Assembly: GCA_041397845.1 (NCBI GenBank) | Contig: JAWKVW010000004.1 | Location: 12,104 to 76,103, forward strand | Length of the DNA stretch: 64,000 bases | Direction of reading: 5' to 3' | Origin: Hyphomicrobiales bacterium | Lineage (GTDB): Bacteria > Pseudomonadota > Alphaproteobacteria > Rhizobiales > JAKPQE01 | Shown: positions 41,292 to 51,645 of the stretch, piece by piece | Numbering within the stretch: the first letter of the stretch is position 1 | How the letters are laid out: the number at the start of each line of letters is the position of its first letter | Translations under genes and position numbers: made by a program | The notes under the pieces: model-generated | Told to the model about the DNA's origin: nothing | What the model saw: only the letters and a program-made list of their open reading frames with translations | Database searches by the model: none

Positions 41292-42173
41292 ATGGATTTC
41301 CCGATCTTCCTCATCCAATGCCTGAACGCCGTCCAGTACGGGCTCCTGCTGTTCCTCGTGGCAGCCGGGCTCACCCTCATCTTCGGCATCATGGGGGTGA
41401 TCAATCTGGCGCATGGCAGTTTCTACATGATCGGCGCGTACATGGCCTATGCGCTCGGTCCGGTCGTCGCCTCGACCATCGGCGGCGGTTTCCTGATGAC
41501 GCTGGTCGTCGGCACCGTGCTGGCGGTCATCATCGGCTACATCCTCGAATGGGTGTTCTACAGCTATCTTTACGACCGCGATCACCTGCAGCAGGTGCTG
41601 ATGACCTATGGTCTCATCCTCGTCTTCGAGGAGCTGCGCAGCCTCATCGTCGGCGACGACGTGCACGGCGTGAAGGTGCCCGATTTCCTTTCCGGCTCGA
41701 TCCCGCTCGGCGAGCTGATGACCTATCCGCACTACCGGCTGTTCGTCTCGGCGGTCTGTCTCGTGCTCGTCGGGGCGATGTTCTACGTGTTCACGCGGAC
41801 CCGCCTCGGCATGATGATCCGGGCCGGCTCGAGCAACCGCGAAATGGTGCAGTCGCTCGGCATCGACATCACCTTCCTCTATCGCATCGTCTTTGCCGCC
41901 GGCTTCGCGCTTGCCGCGCTGGCGGGCATGGTCGCCGCGCCGATCTCCTCGGTCTATCCGGGGATGGGCAATTCGGTGCTCATCATCTGTTTCGTCGTCG
42001 TCGTCATCGGCGGCATCGGCTCGATCAAGGGCGCGCTCGTGGCGGCGCTGCTCATGGGGTTCATCGACACGTTCGGCAAGGTGCTGCTGCCCGAGGCGGC
42101 CGGCGTCCTCGTCTATCTGGCGATGGCGGTGATCCTCCTGTGGAAGCCGAACGGGCTCTTCAAGGCAGGATGA
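41292..42173 (+). CDS. Branched-chain-type ABC transporter permease (LivH family)
   Basis: Polytopic. GVINLAHGSFYMIGAY motif. Confidence 0.88.
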   Translation: MDFPIFLIQCLNAVQYGLLLFLVAAGLTLIFGIMGVINLAHGSFYMIGAYMAYALGPVVASTIGGGFLMTLVVGTVLAVIIGYILEWVFYSYLYDRDHLQQVLMTYGLILVFEELRSLIVGDDVHGVKVPDFLSGSIPLGELMTYPHYRLFVSAVCLVLVGAMFYVFTRTRLGMMIRAGSSNREMVQSLGIDITFLYRIVFAAGFALAALAGMVAAPISSVYPGMGNSVLIICFVVVVIGGIGSIKGALVAALLMGFIDTFGKVLLPEAAGVLVYLAMAVILLWKPNGLFKAG

Positions 42174-43183
42174 CGACAATGTCGCGAACCGCAATTCTCT
42201 TTCACGTGCTGTTCTTTACCGCACTCCTGCTCTATCCGCTGCTCGGCGGCGGCGACTATGCGCTCGACCTCCTGACCAAGATCGTCATCTACGCGATCCT
42301 TGCCCTCAGCCTGGAGCTCCTCGTCGGCACGACCGGCCTCGTCTGCTTCGGCCAGGCGGCGTTCTTCGGCATCGGCGCCTATGCGGCGGTGATCCTCTCC
42401 GGCGAGGAAGGGGCGGCCTCGCTCCTCTGGCTGATGCCGGCGAGCATCCTCATCGCGGCGGCCTATGCCCTGTTCGTCGGAGCGCTGTCGCTGCGCACCT
42501 CGGGCGTCTACTTCATCATGGTCACCCTCGCCTTCGCGCAGATGGCCTATTTCGTCGTGCACGACACGCCGCTCGGCGGCGGCACCGACGGCATCTATCT
42601 CTACTTCCGCCCGACCTTCGGCCCGCTCGATTTCGACAAGCCGCTGACGCTTTACCTGTTCAGCCTCGGCGCGCTCATCGCGGTGTTCCTGTTCCTCGCC
42701 ATGCTGCTCAATTCCCGCTTCGGGCGGGCGCTTTCCGGCATCCGGATCAACGAACAGCGGATGCGCGGCACCGGCTTCACGACGTTTCCCTACAAGCTCG
42801 CGGCCTTCACCATTTCCGGCGGCATCGCCGGGCTGGCGGGCTTCCTGTTCGCGGTCAAGGACGGCTTCGTCAATCCGGAGCTGCTCGGCTGGCATCTCTC
42901 CGGCGCGGCGCTGGTCATGATCATCCTCGGCGGCCTCGGCCAGCTCAGCGGCGCGATGACCGGCGCCTTCGCCTTCATGCTGCTGCAGGAGTTCTACAAG
43001 TCCGACGCGGTGTTCGGCTCGTTCGCCAAGCACTGGCATCTCGGCCTCGGCCTGACGATCATCCTCGCCGTGGCGCTGCTGCCGCGCGGCCTCGTGCAGC
43101 TTCCCTCGCTGATCGGTCGCCGCCTCACCGGCGCCTCGCTCCTTTCCGGCGGCAGCCTCGGCAGCTCGGAGGGCGCGAAATGA
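42170..43183 (+). CDS. Branched-chain-type ABC transporter permease (LivM family)
   Basis: ATG 42170 overlaps the livH-like stop (ATGA). GLVCFGQAAFFGIGAYAA motif. Confidence 0.85.
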   Translation: MTTMSRTAILFHVLFFTALLLYPLLGGGDYALDLLTKIVIYAILALSLELLVGTTGLVCFGQAAFFGIGAYAAVILSGEEGAASLLWLMPASILIAAAYALFVGALSLRTSGVYFIMVTLAFAQMAYFVVHDTPLGGGTDGIYLYFRPTFGPLDFDKPLTLYLFSLGALIAVFLFLAMLLNSRFGRALSGIRINEQRMRGTGFTTFPYKLAAFTISGGIAGLAGFLFAVKDGFVNPELLGWHLSGAALVMIILGGLGQLSGAMTGAFAFMLLQEFYKSDAVFGSFAKHWHLGLGLTIILAVALLPRGLVQLPSLIGRRLTGASLLSGGSLGSSEGAK

Positions 43184-43935
43184 GCGACAACGCCATCCTT
43201 CTGAAGGGCAACGAGGTCAGCCGGCGCTGGGGCGGTCTCGTCGCGGTCGACAAGGTGTCGATCGAGCTGAAGCGCGGCACCATCCACGCCGTCATCGGCA
43301 CGAACGGCGCCGGCAAGTCGACGCTCGTCAACCTCCTGTCCGGCGAGATCCCGCTTTCCGGCGGCGCGGTGGAACTGCTCGGCGCGGACGTGACGGCCTG
43401 GTCGCAGCCGCGGCGGGCGCGGGCCGGCCTCGGGCGCAGCTACCAGCGCAACACGATCTTTCCAAGCCTCAGCGTCGCCGAGAACTGCCGCCTCGCCGCG
43501 CAGGCCCACACACAGAAGGCGTGGGCGATCTGGCAGCCGGCCGACCGCTGCAAGGCGAGCACCACGGCAGCGCGGGACGCGATGCAGCGCGCCGGCCTCG
43601 AGGCCCTCGCCGAACGCCGGGCCGGCGAGATCTCGCACGGCCAGAAGCGGCAGCTCGAGATCGCCATGTGCCTTGCGACGGCGCCGCAGGTGCTGCTGCT
43701 CGACGAGCCGCTGGCCGGCATGGGCGCGGAGGAAACCGAGCGCATCCTGGCGCTGCTCGACAGCCTGCGCGCCGACCACGCGATCATGCTGGTCGAGCAC
43801 GACATGGACGCGGTGTTCCGGGTCGCGAACGTCATCACGGTGATGGTCAACGGCCGGGTCATCGCTTCCGGCGATCCGGATTTCATCAGGAACAGCGGCG
43901 AGGTGCGGGAGGCCTATCTCGGTGAAGGGCACTGA
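43180..43935 (+). CDS. ABC transporter ATP-binding protein (LivG family)
   Basis: Walker A GTNGAGKST, signature SHGQKRQLE, Walker B LLLDEPLAGM. ATGA overlap with the permease gene. Confidence 0.9.
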   Translation: MSDNAILLKGNEVSRRWGGLVAVDKVSIELKRGTIHAVIGTNGAGKSTLVNLLSGEIPLSGGAVELLGADVTAWSQPRRARAGLGRSYQRNTIFPSLSVAENCRLAAQAHTQKAWAIWQPADRCKASTTAARDAMQRAGLEALAERRAGEISHGQKRQLEIAMCLATAPQVLLLDEPLAGMGAEETERILALLDSLRADHAIMLVEHDMDAVFRVANVITVMVNGRVIASGDPDFIRNSGEVREAYLGEGH

Positions 43936-44656
43936 CACGACCAATCGCGGCGATCTCATTCTCAAAGCCGACGGCGTGCACGCCTGGTACGGCTCGAGCC
44001 ATGTGCTGCATGGCGTCGGGCTGTCCATCGGCGCGGGCGAGACCGTCGGCCTGCTCGGCCGCAACGGCATGGGCAAGAGCACGCTGATCCGCACGCTGCT
44101 CGGCCATGTGACGCAGCGCGACGGCGAGATCGCCTTCTTCGGCCATGACTGCCGCAAGGCGAGGCCGCACGAGGTGGCGCGCATGGGCGTTGCCTACGTG
44201 CCGGAGGGGCGCGGCGTCTTTCCCAACCTGACGGTGAAGGAAAACCTGATCATGGCATCGCGGCCGGGGCGCGACGGGCGCAACGACTGGTCCTATGAGC
44301 GGGTTCTCGACACGTTTCCCCGACTTTCCGAACGGCTCGGCAATCTCGGCAACCAGCTCTCGGGCGGCGAGCAGCAGATGCTGTCGATCGGGCGGGCGCT
44401 GATGACCCATCCGGCGCTCGTCATCCTCGACGAGGCGACGGAGGGGCTTGCGCCGCTGATCGTCACCGAAATCTGGAACGTCATCGCCGACATCCGGGAG
44501 AGCGGCATCGCGACGCTGATCGTCGACCGCGACTATCGCCGCGTGCTGGCGCACAGCGACAACGCGCTCGTGCTGCAGAAGGGCACGGTCGCGCTTGCCG
44601 GCAACGCCGACACCATCGCCCGCGACCCGGCGCTCGCCGGACTGCTCGGCGTCTGA
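43922..44656 (+). CDS. ABC transporter ATP-binding protein (LivF family)
   Basis: GTG start. GRNGMGKST, LSGGEQQMLSIGRAL, ILDEATEGLAP. Confidence 0.9.
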   Translation: MKGTDTTNRGDLILKADGVHAWYGSSHVLHGVGLSIGAGETVGLLGRNGMGKSTLIRTLLGHVTQRDGEIAFFGHDCRKARPHEVARMGVAYVPEGRGVFPNLTVKENLIMASRPGRDGRNDWSYERVLDTFPRLSERLGNLGNQLSGGEQQMLSIGRALMTHPALVILDEATEGLAPLIVTEIWNVIADIRESGIATLIVDRDYRRVLAHSDNALVLQKGTVALAGNADTIARDPALAGLLGV

Positions 44657-44694
44657 ACAACAAAAGCGGTCACGCGGACTGGAGGAACTGACCG

Positions 44695-45279
44695 ATGCCA
44701 CGCGCCATCACCATCATTCGCGACGAGCACCGGGCGCTCGCTGCCGTGCTGCGCGGCCTGCAATACGTCGTCGCCGACGCACGCGAGAGCGGCACGGCGC
44801 CGGATTTCGGGCTGCTGCACGCGATGCACAACTACATCGAGGCGTTTCCGGACCGCCTGCACCACCCGAAGGAAGACGACTACGTCTACCGCCTGCTGCG
44901 GCTGCGCACCAATGAGGGAACCGACGTTCTCAACCTGCTGAAGGAAGAACACGAGGCGGAGGCCGGCTGGCTGAAGAGCCTTCGGGCGGCAATCGAGGCC
45001 TGCGAGCGCGATCCGGCAGGCGCCTTCGAGCCGCTCGCCGCCGAGGTCGAGGTCTATGTCGCCAACCACTTCGAGCACATGAACAAGGAGGAGGACATCA
45101 TCCTGCCGCTCGCCGAACGCGTGCTGACCGCCGAGGACTGGGCCGAGATCGACGCGGCCTTTGCCGACAATGGCGACCCGCTCGTCGGCGTCGGCACCCA
45201 GAAGCAGTTCCGCGAACTGTTCCGGCGGATCGTCAACCTCATGCCTGCACCGCACGGACTCGGCCCGGCCCGCAAATAG
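44695..45279 (+). CDS. Hemerythrin (HHE cation-binding) domain protein
   Basis: Repeated His/Glu helices: IIRDEHRALAAVL, DRLHHPKEDDYVY, LKEEHEAEAGWL, NHFEHMNKEEDIILP. Confidence 0.8.
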   Translation: MPRAITIIRDEHRALAAVLRGLQYVVADARESGTAPDFGLLHAMHNYIEAFPDRLHHPKEDDYVYRLLRLRTNEGTDVLNLLKEEHEAEAGWLKSLRAAIEACERDPAGAFEPLAAEVEVYVANHFEHMNKEEDIILPLAERVLTAEDWAEIDAAFADNGDPLVGVGTQKQFRELFRRIVNLMPAPHGLGPARK

Positions 45280-45318
45280 CGCCGCGCCGCGATCTTCCCG
45301 AAACACTGGAGACCCGAC

Positions 45319-45612
45319 ATGCCGAAATACGTTCTTCTTGGAAACTGGACCGATCAGGGCGTCAAGAACGTCAAGGATACCGTCAAGCGCTCGCGCGCCG
45401 CTCGCGAGGCGTTCGCCGCGATCGGCGTCAATGCGCGCGAGTGGTTCTTCACCCTCGGCCAGTACGACGTCGTCCTTACCGTCGATGCGCCGGACGACGA
45501 GACGCTGACCCGGGCGACGCTGGCGCTGGCCGAGAAAGGCAACATGCGCACCGTCACCATGCGCGGCTTTGGCGAAAACGAGATGGAACGTCTCGTCGCC
45601 AACCTCGACTGA
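45319..45612 (+). CDS. GYD domain protein (function unknown)
   Basis: 97 aa: MPKYVLLGNWTDQGVKNVKDTVKRSRAAREAFAAIGVNAREWFFTLGQYDVVLTVDAPDDETL. Confidence 0.8.
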   Translation: MPKYVLLGNWTDQGVKNVKDTVKRSRAAREAFAAIGVNAREWFFTLGQYDVVLTVDAPDDETLTRATLALAEKGNMRTVTMRGFGENEMERLVANLD

Positions 45613-45628
45613 ACCTTTCCCCGCAGGC

Positions 45629-45650
45629 AGGCCGTCGGCCATGACGGCCT
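45629..45650 (+). terminator. Stem-loop after the GYD gene (weak terminator candidate, no T-tract)
   Basis: aggccgtc (45629-36) pairs with gacggcct (45643-50), 6-nt loop. Confidence 0.35.
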
Positions 45651-45803
45651 TGCCGGAACCTGGACGGATGTGGCGGAGCCCCCCGCTGCAACTCCTCCGC
45701 AAGCGCGGAGCCGGACAAGTCCGCACCAATACCGGCGGCTGCCCAGAGCCGGCCGGAGATGGTCCCGACCTCGTCACGCCCATCCGTCCCTTCTTCCGGC
45801 CAT

Positions 45804-45821
45804 AAAAATATCGATATTTTT
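45804..45821. promoter_or_regulatory. 18-bp perfect palindrome in AT-rich DNA upstream of the sigma-54 activator gene
   Basis: aaaaatatcgatattttt, embedded in the most AT-rich ~100 bp of this part of the window and ~430 bp upstream of ATG 46248. Confidence 0.35.
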
Positions 45822-46247
45822 TTGATTTGTCGTATTTCTATTGCAAAGTTGCCGACCGTTTGAGAGATTTCCGCTCAAAAGGGTAAAATGGAAGACAGTC
45901 GCGGAGGAGAGCACGGCGAGACCATCAGGGTCTGGCGCCGTGATTTTGGTGTTCGGTGCAGATAGCATCGACTGCCAATAGTGTGTGTCTGCCGGGCGTT
46001 GCGATCGCTTTTGCGGTCCGCGGCCGGAGTCCGGCCCTGACGGGGCATGGTCACCACTCAACAGGCTCCCCTCACCGACGTTTTCCATCGGGATGCCCGT
46101 CCGTGCCGGTACCGGGCCGGCGCTGGCGGTTGCGCGCGATGCCGGGCGACTGACGCCGGCCGTCGCGGGACAGTGCACAGGCCGCCCGGCGAGGAGAGCG
46201 GCCTGCGTCTCATCCGGCTCCTCGCGCAAAGTTCTTGGGGGAACGAC

Positions 46248-48071
<1,824 letters not shown>

Positions 48072-48160
48072 ACAAGCAGCAAGGAGCGGGCAAGCTCCCT
48101 TCCCCAGCCTCGAGGCAGCGGGCGGTTGCCGCAGGACGCATGAAACGATAGAGCTTCTGC

Positions 48161-48586
48161 ATGTTCGCTCGTGTCGTCATCGCCGTCAGCCTGTTCTTCC
48201 TTGCGCTCCTGCCGGCGCGGGCAGAGACCGAGGTCGTCGTTCGCATCGACCTCTCGGACCAGCTCATGACGGTCTATGTCGACAACGTGCTGACGCATGA
48301 ATGGCCGGTCTCGACGGCGCGGCGCGGCTATCGCACGCCGGTCGGCACGTACAAGCCGATCCGGCTGGAGCGGTACTGGCGGTCGCGCAAATACGACAAC
48401 GCGCCGATGCCGTTCTCGGTGTTCTTTCATGGCGGCTACGCGATCCACGGCACGACGGCGATCCGCCAGCTCGGGCGGCCGGCGAGCCACGGCTGCGTGC
48501 GCCTGCACCCGGACAATGCCAAGGTTCTGTTCGAGACGATCGCGGCACGCGGCAAGGCCGCGACCGTCATTTCGGTCGTTCGCTGA
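48161..48586 (+). CDS. L,D-transpeptidase (YkuD domain), paralog 2
   Basis: Signal peptide, WPVSTARRGYRTPVGTY, HGT...GRPASHGCVRLH. Also 141 aa and collinear with the 35279 paralog. Confidence 0.9.
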   Translation: MFARVVIAVSLFFLALLPARAETEVVVRIDLSDQLMTVYVDNVLTHEWPVSTARRGYRTPVGTYKPIRLERYWRSRKYDNAPMPFSVFFHGGYAIHGTTAIRQLGRPASHGCVRLHPDNAKVLFETIAARGKAATVISVVR

Positions 48587-48701
48587 ACACCGCCTTTTAC
48601 CCTCCCCTCGCCTCGCGTCATTTTTCGGCAATGCCGGCAGATCGCCGGGCCTTGCAGCCATGCCAGCGCTCGCGCCGCCGCTGCGGGAACTGTTGACTCG
48701 G

Positions 48702-48727
48702 AATATGTGACTAATTAGTCTCATATT
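48702..48727. promoter_or_regulatory. Near-perfect 26-bp palindrome (candidate ArsR-type operator) abutting the ArsR::SRPBCC start codon
   Basis: aatatgTgactaattagtcTcatatt: 24 of 26 positions are self-complementary and the core GACTAATTAGTC is perfect. A ttgact -35-like hexamer sits at 48693-48698. Confidence 0.55.
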
Positions 48728-48729
48728 GT

Positions 48730-49521
48730 ATGAACACGGCGGATGAACGGGTCTGGCAGGCACTTTCCGACCCGGTGCGGCGCAAAATTCTCGACATGCT
48801 GCGGGCGCGACCGATGACGACGGGAACGCTGGCGGCTGCGTTCGACCAGACGCGTTTTGGCGTGATGAAGCATCTGTCGGTGCTGGAGGCGGCCCGGCTG
48901 GTGCTCGTCGAGCGGCGCGGACGCGAGCGCTGGAACCATCTCAACGCCGTGGCGCTGGCCGAGGCGACCGATCGCTGGCTGACGCCGTTCCGGCGGGGCT
49001 GGGCAGATCGGCTCGGCGGGCTGGAGCGCTATCTCGAAAAGGAAAATGAAGCCATGACAGGCACACAGGGATGCGCACTCGACATCCGGTTTGAAAAGAA
49101 GCTCGCAGCGCCGCCAGCGCGGGTGTTCGAGGCGCTGACGCGCGGCATCGGCGCCTGGTGGGTGGCGCCCTATCGGCAGGCCGGCGCGGAAAGCAGGCTC
49201 AGCCTCGAGCCCGAAATCGGCGCGCCGCTCATCGAGACCGGCCCTGACGGACATGCCGTCATCTGGGGCCGGATCGAGGAAATCCGGGTGCCGGACATCC
49301 TCTACCTTTCCGGCAGGTTCGCGGTCGTCGGCGCGGTCGCCGGGCATGTCCGCTACACGCTCGAGGAGACCGGTGACGGGGGAACGCTGCTGAGCGTCGC
49401 GCACAGCGCCGTCGGCAATATCGAGGAGGAAACGCTTTCCCGTTTCACCGAGGGCTGGAAGGACCTCCTCGGCACGCGGCTCGCGGCGCATCTCGGCGAA
49501 GCCAAAGGGGAAGGACGCTGA
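48730..49521 (+). CDS. ArsR/SmtB family winged-helix regulator fused to an SRPBCC (AHSA1-like) domain
   Basis: ALSDPVRRKILDMLRARPMTTGTLAAAFDQTRFGVMKHLSVLEAARLV is the wHTH. The C-terminal ~150 aa is SRPBCC-like. Confidence 0.8.
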   Translation: MNTADERVWQALSDPVRRKILDMLRARPMTTGTLAAAFDQTRFGVMKHLSVLEAARLVLVERRGRERWNHLNAVALAEATDRWLTPFRRGWADRLGGLERYLEKENEAMTGTQGCALDIRFEKKLAAPPARVFEALTRGIGAWWVAPYRQAGAESRLSLEPEIGAPLIETGPDGHAVIWGRIEEIRVPDILYLSGRFAVVGAVAGHVRYTLEETGDGGTLLSVAHSAVGNIEEETLSRFTEGWKDLLGTRLAAHLGEAKGEGR

Positions 49522-49522
49522 G

Positions 49523-50455
49523 ATGACCGCCAGCCCGATGCCGCATGGAGAGGCGAGCGAGGCGGAGCGCCGTTTCGGCCTGCGCCCCGGCACCTATCCG
49601 TTCAAGAGCCGCTTCGTCGAGATTGCCGGCGCAAGGCTGCACTACATCGACGAGGGTTCAGGCCCGATCGTACTGATGGTGCATGGCAATCCGGCCTGGA
49701 GCTATCTCTACCGCCGGCTCGTCTCGGCGCTTTCCCCGGAATATCGATGCATTGCCGTCGACCTTGCCGGCTTTGGCCTCTCCGAGGCGCCGGCATCTTT
49801 TTCTTTCAAGCCGGACGAGCAGGCCCGCCTTGTCGCCGGCTTCATCGAGGCGCTCGACATTCGCGACGCGACGCTCGTCGGCCATGACTGGGGCGGGCCG
49901 GTCGGGATCGGCGCCATGGCGCTCACCGGAGACCGCATCACCCGGCTTTGTCTCGGCAACACCTGGGCCTGGCCGGTCAACGGCGACTTCCATTTCGAGT
50001 GGTTTTCGAAATTGCTCGGCGGCCCGCTCGGCCGGTTCCTTGCCCGCCGGTTCGCGGTGTTCGCCAAAGTCATCATGCCGTCCTCGATGCGGCGGCGCGA
50101 GCTCAGCGCCGAAGAGCGCGCAGCCTATCTTGCGCCCTTTGCAGACCGGTCGCGGCGCGTGCCGATGCATGTCTTTCCTGCCGCGATCACCGGGTCCGGC
50201 GCCTGGCTTGCGACGCTGGAGGGGGCACTGCGATCGTTCAAGGGGCCGGTGCATTTCATCTGGCCGACCGGGGACATCGCCTTTCGCGACAAGGAGCTTG
50301 CGCACTGGCGGTCGATCTTTCCGAACGCGACCGTCGACCGGATCGAGACGTGCGGCCATTTCCTCTGGGAAGATGCGCCGGAGGACTGCCTTGTCTCGCT
50401 GCAGGTGTTTCTTGCGCGGACCGGCAGGCGGGCCATGGCGGAGGCGGCGGGATGA
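49523..50455 (+). CDS. Alpha/beta hydrolase, haloalkane dehalogenase-like
   Basis: LHYIDEGSGPIVLMVHGNPAWSYLYR, nucleophile elbow GHDWGGPVG, C-terminal CGHFLWEDAP. Confidence 0.8.
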   Translation: MTASPMPHGEASEAERRFGLRPGTYPFKSRFVEIAGARLHYIDEGSGPIVLMVHGNPAWSYLYRRLVSALSPEYRCIAVDLAGFGLSEAPASFSFKPDEQARLVAGFIEALDIRDATLVGHDWGGPVGIGAMALTGDRITRLCLGNTWAWPVNGDFHFEWFSKLLGGPLGRFLARRFAVFAKVIMPSSMRRRELSAEERAAYLAPFADRSRRVPMHVFPAAITGSGAWLATLEGALRSFKGPVHFIWPTGDIAFRDKELAHWRSIFPNATVDRIETCGHFLWEDAPEDCLVSLQVFLARTGRRAMAEAAG

Positions 50456-51189
50456 CGACAGCCAGCGAACTCATCGACCGGATCATCGCGGCGCATGGCG
50501 GGCTGGAGCGGTGGCGGTCGCTTGCCGCGATCGAGGCATCGTTCTCATCCGGCGGCCTTGCCTTTGCCAGCCATTTCCAGCCGAACGCGCTGAAGGGCCT
50601 CAGGCTCACTGTCTTTCCGCATGAGCGCCGGGTCGAGCTTTTCGGCTTTTCCGGCGCCGGGCGCATCGGCCAGTGGTCGCCGGATCGCGTCGCCATCGTC
50701 GAGGCGGACGGGCATGTGCTGGCGGAGCGGCACCAGCCGCGTGCCTCGTTCGACCGGCCGATCAAGAACCTCGTCTGGGACAAGCTCGATATTCTCTATT
50801 TCGCGGGCTATGCACTCTGGAACTATCTGTCGTTCCCCTTCTTCCTTCGCGAGCCGGGCATCACGCTCGCTCTGCCGGATGACGGCACCGCCGGGAGCGG
50901 CACGCGGCTCGTTGCTGACTTTTCCGCCGACATCGCCAGCCATTCGCCGCGGCAGGTCTTTCACTTCGACGGGCAGGACCGCCTGCTGCGGCATGACTAC
51001 ACCGCCGACGTCATCGGCGGCTGGGCGACGGCGGCCAATCTGGCGCTCGCCTCGGAGACCGTCGAGGGCCTGCGGTTCTACACCCGGCGCAAGGTCTATC
51101 CCCGGATGGGACCGAGGCAGACCGTGCTAGTTGGCCCGCTGCTCGTCTGGATCGAGATCGACGACCTGGCCGTCCGCTTCGCGACGTAG
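50452..51189 (+). CDS. Hypothetical protein (245 aa), translationally coupled to the dehalogenase-like gene
   Basis: ATG 50452 overlaps the upstream stop (ATGA). Protein-like composition (YFAGYALWNYLSFPFFLREPG). I recognise no family. Confidence 0.6.
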   Translation: MTTASELIDRIIAAHGGLERWRSLAAIEASFSSGGLAFASHFQPNALKGLRLTVFPHERRVELFGFSGAGRIGQWSPDRVAIVEADGHVLAERHQPRASFDRPIKNLVWDKLDILYFAGYALWNYLSFPFFLREPGITLALPDDGTAGSGTRLVADFSADIASHSPRQVFHFDGQDRLLRHDYTADVIGGWATAANLALASETVEGLRFYTRRKVYPRMGPRQTVLVGPLLVWIEIDDLAVRFAT

Positions 51190-51225
51190 CCAGGCGCTTC
51201 AGTGCGCGATACCGGCGGCTGCCGG

Positions 51226-51645
51226 TCAGTCCGGCATGTCCGGCATGTTTGGTACGTTCGGCAGGGCAAGGGATCGCTCTCCCGCAAGGCCGCTACTCAA
51301 GGCCGAGTGCCTGGCGGTGCGGCGATTGCGGTGCGAGAGAACACCGTTTTCCCACATGTCGGCGGCATCGCCGATGCGGGCGCTGTCATGGCTGACGGTC
51401 GCGGCAGCGACGCCGGCTTCCTCGAGGAGATCGAGCGCGGCAATGCCGGCCCGATCCTTGCCGACGCCGGCATCGTTGAAGACAACAAGCGCGAAGCGAT
51501 GTTCGAGGGCGAACGCCGCCGAACTCGTGCCGCCATGGGACGCGGTGACGACAATCGCGCCGGCATCGCCGGCAGCGAGCTTGGTCACCGTGTCGGTCAG
51601 GATCACGGGGCGGCCGGAGACCTGGGCGATGGTGCGCTTGAGCAT
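51226..51645 (-). CDS. Conserved hypothetical protein
   Basis: 139 aa: AIVVTASHGGTSSAAFALEHRFALVVFNDAGVGKDRAGIAALDLLEEAGVAAATVSHDSARIGD. Globular-looking, but I cannot name a family. Confidence 0.5.
   Translation of the reverse strand: MLKRTIAQVSGRPVILTDTVTKLAAGDAGAIVVTASHGGTSSAAFALEHRFALVVFNDAGVGKDRAGIAALDLLEEAGVAAATVSHDSARIGDAADMWENGVLSHRNRRTARHSALSSGLAGERSLALPNVPNMPDMPD

Noticed and set aside
46047-46247. N-terminal extension of the sigma-54 activator ORF (track start 46047).
   Set aside because: The extension (MVTTQQAPLTDVFHRDARPCRYRAGAGGCARCR...) is not protein-like. ATG 46248 begins the conserved XylR_N-type sequence.
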